Below, in pieces: positions 56,253-64,000 of a stretch of DNA of 64,000 nt. The DNA is from Octopus vulgaris (lineage: Eukaryota), in the NCBI GenBank assembly GCA_951406725.2, contig OX597814.1:210614001-210678000 (forward strand), read 5' to 3'. The notes below the pieces were generated by a model. It saw nothing but the letters and a program-made list of their open reading frames with translations. It searched no databases and was not told where the DNA came from. Position 1 is the first letter of the stretch, and each line of letters starts with the position of its first letter. Both the position numbers and the translations under genes were made by a program.

Positions 56253-56426
56253 GAAATAAGATTAAGATTAATGTAAAAAATAAATATCACTGAAGCAAAA
56301 TAACACCAAATATATAGTGCGTGTGTTTTTATTGGCTAAACTGGCAATATGACCATTCCGAAATATAACAATATCTGTTTCAACACACGACTTCACATAA
56401 AAATCTTGCACAACAAATATTTAAAC

Positions 56427-56483
<57 letters not shown>

Positions 56484-56750
56484 TATATACATATATATAT
56501 GTATGTATGTATGTATATGTATGTGTGTATATGTTTGTGTGTCTGTGCCCCGCCCCCGCGCGAACATCGCTTGACAAACAATGCTGGTGTGTTTACATCC
56601 CCGTAACTTAGCGTTTCGGCAAAAAGACCGATAGAATAAGTACTAGGCTTACAAAATCCTGGTGTCATTTTGCTCGACAAAAGGCGGTGCTCCAGCATGG
56701 CCACAGTCACATGATTGAAACAAGTAAATGAAAAAGAGTAAAAAGAAAAA

Positions 56751-57570
56751 AAGGCAAAGTTTGACATAAGCCATAAAGACCAATCATTCACCGTATCTAA
56801 ATGATAAACGATAGCTGATGTGGCACATGCATATTCATGCATACCGGCTAATATATGGACACAAAAACCGGAAAAAAACATTCAGAAAAGCAAGTATGAA
56901 CTGGAAAAGCAGAAATTTAACTTACTGCATCAAATGCCCGAATTGTGAAGTATTATATCTAGGTCAGACTGGAAATGCAATATCAGAGCATGCCCCGAGA
57001 GCAAATTAGAGACACACATGTCCTTCAGATACCGTAACCACCTAGCAACATGTGGTCGGAAAATATCTACAATATTTCCATTCTATAAACTACACAATCC
57101 TGTGGAGGTGCAATGGCCCAGTGGTTAGGGCAGCGGACTCGCGGTCGGAGGATCGCGGATTCGATTCCCAGACCGGGCATTGTGAGTGTTTATTGAGCGA
57201 AAACACCTAAAGCTCCACGAGGCTCCGGCAGGGGGGGGGGTGGACCCTGCTGTACTCTTTCACCACAACTTTCTCTCGCACTTTCTTCCTGTTTCTCTTC
57301 TACCTGTATTTCAAAGGGCCGGCCTTGTCACACTCTGTGTCACGCTGAATCTCCTCGAGAACTACGTTAAGGGTACACGTGTCTGTGGAGTGCTCAGCCA
57401 CTTGCACGTTAATACCACTAGCAAGCTGTTCCGTTGATCGTATCAGCTGGGACCCTCATCGTCGCAACCGACGGAGTGCTCCAACTACTACACTATCCAA
57501 GTGAAATTGGAAGAAAAACCAGAGAAAAGAACATTATTGATAAATTCCACCACAAGCTAAATAAACAATG
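56751..57570 (+). mobile_element. Older PLE GIY-YIG remnant interrupted by a family-C SINE; a probable upstream piece lies at 54546-54587
   Basis: SRNLTYCIKCPNCEVLYLGQTGN...HLATCG..IFPFYKLH, resuming after the SINE as LHYPSEIGRKTREKNIIDKFHHKLNKQ*; 54544-54588 reads VISKRQLKSYLKKF. Confidence 0.85.
57101..57486 (+). mobile_element. Full-length family-C tRNA SINE with a target-site duplication
   Basis: A box tggcccagtgg, B box gattcgattcc; flanking actacacaatcc (57089-57100) and actacactatcc (57487-57498). Confidence 0.93.
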
Positions 57571-57745
57571 ATACTAATACTTAGAGGTACTATTTCTACT
57601 GCCACGGCGACTACCACTAACAACAACCATATTAAAGGTACTCATGATGACGATAACAGGAAAATACTAGCTACATGAAGAGAAGAGTCAGTAAAAATAA
57701 TCTTATTTTGGGGGTTAAAGCTTTATCAACACATCTACACCTACC

Positions 57746-57777
<32 letters not shown>

Positions 57778-58327
57778 CAACGACAGCAACACTAGCAACA
57801 ACAACAAGAACGACGACGAGGACAACAATAATACAGGAGATGATAGTAATGGTGATGAAAATTGGGAAGCGTTATTCAAATCATTTCTAAAAATAGCCCA
57901 ACATTTACTCATTTGGCCAAGGTCAAAATACAGGTCTTTTGACATGTTTAACAAACCGTGACGCCTAAAACAGACACCAATCCATTTAAGTAAGTTAGTA
58001 AACCACACACTGACTGAGCAGAATACAGTTTGCAAAAATTAACATTCTGGACCCTATACAAATGCATTTAAAGCACGCAGATGAGCCATCTCCTTACAGA
58101 TATAAATTGTAAAACATAACGGCCGTCACTACTACATTAATCTGTATATTGGATAGTTTAATACATGCAAGTACTAGTTCAATCAGAATGGACATTTAAT
58201 ATTCTATCATTTCATTATAATTTAATATCTTATATTATAGTATTATAAGATTCTAAACAAAACGTGTAAATCAAAGTCAGAATCTCTTTGGATAATTTAT
58301 TATTCTATACAAAATCATACACATACG

Positions 58328-58449
<122 letters not shown>

Positions 58450-59364
58450 TGATTGATAGATATGTGTGTGTGTGTGTATACTTAAAACTGTGGCTTCTAA
58501 GCTGAAGTGAAAACACCATGTTCTTTCTCTATCTCCTTAACTTTTTAGAGATTTTAGGGAAAATTATATTAAGGTGTCCGTCTGTTTTAATTTAATTAAA
58601 CTCTATATCTTTATGCACCTGAGCATTGCTCCGCATTTAAATTAATGTAAATATTGCATTGTTCAATTAGATGGAGTTGCTTGAAACGATCCTACTGCAT
58701 TACCTCTGGATATCCCTGTTCCTTATTTTGATTTTAATCACCTTATTTTCAAATTGTATGGCTAATACCCTAATAAATTATGGTGCCTCAACTTAAATAT
58801 CATATTCATATGAATATATATATATATATATCTCCATATATATGTCTTATATATATATATATATATATCTTGTTACGTAGATAACGACGGTATCAAGGCA
58901 TGTATAAGTCTTGAAAAAATTACAAAAATCGATTCCAGCTGAGAATGCGATCGATAATGCCGTTTTTCCCATGCTTCTCTTCTATCACCCTGTACATAAC
59001 TGCACCTTCCATTTTTGTTGTTTTTGTACTGCTTAAAGGCACGTTTCTTTCCAGCCAAGCTTACTGTTTAAACCATGTTTGTGTTCTTGCAGTCAACAGC
59101 CTTATCATTACTGGTACTTTAAACTCTTCGGTTGGCTATTTATGTGAATAAAATCGTTTTTCTTTGGAATAGAAAAAAGTATCTCCTTATTTCTTCTTTT
59201 GCTGGTGTCTCAAATTTAGGTTAAATTAGTGTTTCTGAAAGGGGAGGCCTATGGGACGGTCGGACAAGTTGTTTTGAGAAAATCTGGTTTAAATATTCGA
59301 CAACTCAGCACCGTCCATTGAACGGTGGGGGACCTTTTGATCGTATATATATATATATATATAT

Positions 59365-59750
59365 AAATAAAAGGCTAAAATAATTTTATCATGAACATTT
59401 TAGTACAGGTTTCTATATATGCGTTAGTCTAAGGATCTAGTGATAGTGGGATTTGTGGTGGATGCATTCAAAACGGCTTTATATTTTGTGATGAATGACA
59501 TTTTACTAATGCGCTGACTACAGGTTGTATTTTCCTGATTTGATAGAGGGGAAATATTCTGAAGCTGGGTTGTTTTTATTGGCGCAAATGTCGATGTGTT
59601 CGGTGAATGCTATTTTTCTGTATTCCCGAATTTTAATTTGGGATCTATGTTGAGCCATCCTTTGACGAAGACTGTTTTTGGTTTCGCCTATGTATTGCTC
59701 TCGACACGCAAAGCAGGTTAATACGTATATTATACAACATCTAGGTCATA
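59365..59750 (-). mobile_element. PLE GIY-YIG fragment (not in the ORF track) with the 3' half of a hammerhead-like motif
   Basis: Minus-strand IYVLTCFACREQYIGETKNSLRQRMAQHRSQIK...EHIDICA; GAAACCTGTA on the minus strand at about 59403-59412. Confidence 0.85.
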
Positions 59751-59799
59751 TATATATGATGGAGTGTTATGTGTGTGTCTGTATATATGTACATATACG

Positions 59800-60010
59800 T
59801 ATAAATGTATACGTGTTTCTTGTGTACGCTTGTATTCCAGCGTCGCTTGACAGCCGGTGTTCGTGTTTTACATCCCTGTGTCTTTCGCTTCAATAAAGGT
59901 GACGGATAGATTCCTAAGAACCAGGCTCGATTGGTTCCACTAAAATAGTTCATGGTACCTCCAATATGGCCGCAGTCTTAGGACTGAAACAAGTACACGA
60001 GAAAAGAAAG
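59800..60010 (+). mobile_element. Diverged 3' half of a family-A SINE
   Basis: cgcttgacagccggtgttcgtgttttacatccc...tggccgcagtc...gactgaaacaagta. Confidence 0.8.
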
Positions 60011-60223
60011 AATATTGATGTACTCTTATGGAAAAGAGATTCATTCACCAATGATATTTACATACAGCAGTGATAATTGTTCATTTATTTATTATGTGCA
60101 AAGTACTTATTAAGCAGCTTAGAATTTTCTGGTTTGACACTTTTTATTGCAGCAAAAGAAATAACTGAAACACCTTCATAATTAATATTGTTGGTATTGT
60201 TGGTATCATCGTCGTCGTCGTCG

Positions 60224-60254
<31 letters not shown>

Positions 60255-61049
60255 TATTGTTATTATTATTATTAATATTTTTATTATTGCTGTCGTCATA
60301 AATTTTGTTTTTGTTACTGTTGTTGTTGTTGCTTTGTATATCACGAAATGTTTGGAGCAGTTAAATATTTAAGACTGGTACATCGGCTATTATTCCGAAG
60401 TGGTTTTGATAATTCTTTTAATCAAATACAAGAAAGTTAAGTTACGTGGACATACCACAGGTATGCACATGCATCGGCCCTGTGAAATATAATTCAAGTT
60501 CCAATAAATGTCGACTCTTGAAAGAAAAGAACGACATGTAGTGTTATAAATGTTAAATCTGCAGAATGAATTCCCGGAAAATATATTCAGAACGTCACAA
60601 CTACGAACTTTAGACAGTATTTATGAAGTATATACTGTTATGAACTTGACATTTTAGCGCCATACACCATTACATCAATTGATATATGTCGCGAACACGC
60701 GGAAACTCATGTATATAAGTATATCTATTAATCTAGCAAGTCTATGCCTAACGGAATTCAGTGAGGTCTGCAGTACTGTGTCAGAAATTGAAAGATGATT
60801 AGTGAAATTAAAACTCTACTATTATATTAACATATAACAAAAGTATTTTGTTACATGTTGATATATTGAGAATGTGAAGCAGACTGCAATACAATCTGAT
60901 GAGTCCTCATTATGAATACAATTTCAATCAAAATGTATTATATGCCTCTGAATAAACATTCCATAATTTTATATATATTTTATAGGAATGGAAATATCTA
61001 CATAAAAAAAAAATTGACAAAGAAAACCAACAAGTTTTCACAGTAATTA

Positions 61050-61450
61050 CAGTTGTTGAGACTAAGAACAAAACACTTGAAACATCACTGAATTCCAAGA
61101 AGACATTTTTTCAGAAGCAAAATTGGAAAATATGCTATGTTTTCAACTGAAAATTATATTTACAGGTAAACATATTCCGTGAGGGGTTTCAGAATTATTT
61201 TACAAATGGAGTAGGATTTTGATTTAGCATTTCATGCACGTTGCATGCAGAATGTTTAAACGAAGAATTCAAATTGCATTATAGTAGTGAGAACATGAAT
61301 TATAGGCGCATTGGGAGAAATGTTACAAGTCGTAATGCGGAATTATTAATGTAATACAACTTGAAATATTATTTAAGCGCTGCAGAATGTTCCGCGAGGG
61401 AAATGACGAGGTATTTGCGAAGGACATGTGATATTCATAGAACATTAAAA
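61050..61450 (+). mobile_element. Possible very old RLE non-LTR 3' fragment
   Basis: Only KIGKY and IIGALG motifs, in broken frames. Confidence 0.3.
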
Positions 61451-63644
61451 ATTAAATATATTTAGAAATACACTAACGTTTTGTAAGCTGATAGTATGAA
61501 AAACAACGACTTCTATGAAGAATATAGTATGGTAATGAATTTAGAAATATTGTGTTTGCTTTTGTATACGTGTAAAATCGTGTGTATGCTAGTATGCGTT
61601 TCTTTGCCATCGAATTAATATGTGCAGAATTGTCATAGATTAATGTTATACGACATAGTGGGCGTCAATTGTTTCAGATCTCGCCATGATTTACTAATTG
61701 TGGACTCCTATATGAAAGCACTTCACAAAGAATCTATTAGAAATTTTAAAAAAATTACCCTATCAGCCGTTCCAATTAGATGGATATTTCTAATTGTCAA
61801 TATATATTTGAATGTTGTAGTTGCGTGGTCGAGCATGATTCTAAACAAAGTAAATTCACACATCCTTGCATATCTACAGCTATCAACTCTTCAAATCCAA
61901 TTCCTTCCTCTACGTCAGTGCAATAGGCTTCTACGAGAAATAATTCTACTTCTTATGCCATGCAGTAATCTGAAGCACCCGCGGAAAATTTCTATTAACA
62001 CTAAAACAGTTTTGGACACGATACCCATTTCTTACACATACACAGCATACTTATATACATATATGTGGGTATATCGTACACACACCATCATACATATATA
62101 TATGAATGCAAACATGCACAGATACATATAGACATCCATACGTATTTATGCTGAGTATGTTACGTATCAATGTGATATGTGACATTGCATATTATAATTG
62201 CTTATAGAAAATGTGTCTTAAGTTCACGCAATATTGAAATGTTTGTCTAATATATAATTATTCAACGTAATTGTTGAAAGGTGACATTAATATTTTTTAG
62301 CATTGTTGATCATATAATTTTCCGAAAGCACTAAGTTCTATTGTATTTAGCGATCGAAGAAAATAGATTAATTTGCCCTTATATAGTTTCTTCAAATGTT
62401 ATTGGAATACAAAAAATTTGTATTAGAAATCTTGTATCACTCATCATATTTTTCTGAGGAAAACATGATGAGTAAAATTATAGTAAAATATATCTAGAAA
62501 AAATTATAATGCAATATATTAAGCAAACACGCATTATTGTAATATCTTAAAATTCCGAAAGAATTACAGTTTTCAAACAGAATTGAAATAATGAAAATGT
62601 TGATGCAGATATGAAACGAAAGACAACAAAAATTTCTTTACAATGTTACTGTATAAAGACAAAGAGAAACAGAAACCACATGGCTGTTAAGATAGCAATT
62701 CCTTCGTGCATTGTGTTTGGGAGAAACGTAAATATTCCTTTAATTAAAGGCATGATCAACAATAAAGTCAGAAAACAGAAACACAAGCACATGATTTAAT
62801 TAGGAATTGTTACACACGCACACACACACACATATACATGTATACATATGTATATAGATACATGCATAATATATATAATATACATACATGCATGTCTAAG
62901 TTTTCCCATATTGTTATGAGTATGTTATGTTTGTGATTTTGCGTGCTTGTTTATATATATTTATTTATAAAAATCATGCACATTTACGTTTTCAGTGCTA
63001 TACATTATGAGAAACTTTATTTTATGCATATTTTTAAATAAACACAATAAAAATAAAACTGGCTATCACGAAAATATTACAATAAAACTAACAGAAAATT
63101 GGCATTTGGAATATTATATTTTCATGGTGAATATAGCTTATAAGAGAAAACACAGAACACAGAGCTGTTAGGAATCCCCTTAAGAACATTAAAACAAAAG
63201 ACGTATAAAGATTAAAGCATGAAAATAATCTATTTGCTAAATAGATAAAACAATTATTTCAATCTTTTGTACCGACCTTAATAATACTTTCTCCCACAAA
63301 TCAATGTTATATGAGAAACGAAACCTTCAAGTCTATATTATATACCCAATTTCCGTCTTGATCAATCTATCATTTTTTCTGTCTCTTTCTCTCCATACTC
63401 TCTCTCTCTCTCTCTCTCTCTCTGTCTGTCTTCGACCTTATCTCTCCGTCACTCTCACACACATATAAACACATATTGACATTCTGTAAGCAATTTTACT
63501 TGTCTCTCTTTCCAAGGAATTCACCTTACCTTCGTTCGATGTTCTGCCCCAATATTATATTTCAAATCTCGCAATTATGCGCATTGGATTAATAGGTTTT
63601 ATAACAAATAAAAGGCCAAAGATAAAAAAGAAAAAAGATAAGAT

Positions 63645-63650
63645 TGTGTG

Positions 63651-63737
<87 letters not shown>

Positions 63738-63914
63738 ATATATATATGTATATATATATATACATAAATGTATATATATACACATATATATATATATATA
63801 TACACACATATGTATATATATATATATAAATATATATGTATATATTTTCATACAAATATATATGTATATATATACACATACACACACACACACATATATA
63901 TAAATATACTTACA

Positions 63915-63970
<56 letters not shown>
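63645..63970. repeat. (TA)n/(CA)n compound microsatellite
   Basis: Directly visible. Confidence 0.95.
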
Positions 63971-63971
<1 letters not shown>

Positions 63972-64000
63972 AGTATTTATGCATTTAGGTACATATATAT

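Larger units (their letters stand above)
54787..56427 (+). mobile_element. Young 5'-truncated Penelope-like element with an inverted pseudo-LTR
   Basis: 54787-54921 is an almost perfect reverse complement of 56241-56374 (one 1-nt indel seen); the repeats enclose a GIY-YIG ORF. Confidence 0.93.
54588..56750 (+). mobile_element. Family-A SINE split by a PLE insertion (5' half 54588-54786, 3' half 56428-56750)
   Basis: The head aggcgtaggagtggctgtgtgg...gaagcccttcgtatata and the tail gctggtgtgtttacatccccgtaacttagcg...gaaacaagta are colinear with 19195-19625. Confidence 0.92.

Noticed and set aside
57101-57180. tRNA-like sequence (also the SINE heads at 19195, 29200 and 52050-52125)
   Set aside because: SINE heads with A/B boxes but no complete cloverleaf; not tRNA genes.
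60896-60960. CTGATGAGTCC, resembling the 37.6-kb hammerhead start
   Set aside because: No downstream GAC-GAAAC or stem III; at most a dead relic.
61622-62131. 169-aa ORF
   Set aside because: GTG start, AT-rich composition, no motif; likely a chance ORF.

Overview
AT-rich, gene-poor eukaryotic DNA, almost certainly an octopod (Octopus-type) genome, judged from the SINE families and the very dense (TA)n, (CA)n, (TAA)n and (GATA)n microsatellites. Nearly all listed ORFs are microsatellite artefacts. The recognisable content is mobile DNA: three tRNA-SINE groups (labelled A, B and C here), a young 5'-truncated CR1/L2-group LINE, at least six Penelope-like (PLE) pieces, four Dong/R4-like RLE retrotransposon fragments (three abutting (TAA)n tracts), a decayed mariner and a foldback element. 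One GC-richer candidate host exon lies at about 49.7-49.9 kb on the minus strand. The most interesting signals are: (i) type-I hammerhead ribozymes at 37586-37662 and 47157-47256 with long stem-II insertions; (ii) a variant hammerhead core (CUGAUGYG) in a PLE family present twice with inverted pseudo-LTRs, where one inversion boundary falls next to the predicted cleavage site; (iii) a tandem element at 4.6-5.2 kb whose 96-bp core is flipped between 44-bp inverted repeats; (iv) repeated use of microsatellites, including those carried inside SINEs, as insertion sites. All calls were made by eye; repeat boundaries are approximate and no database search was run.
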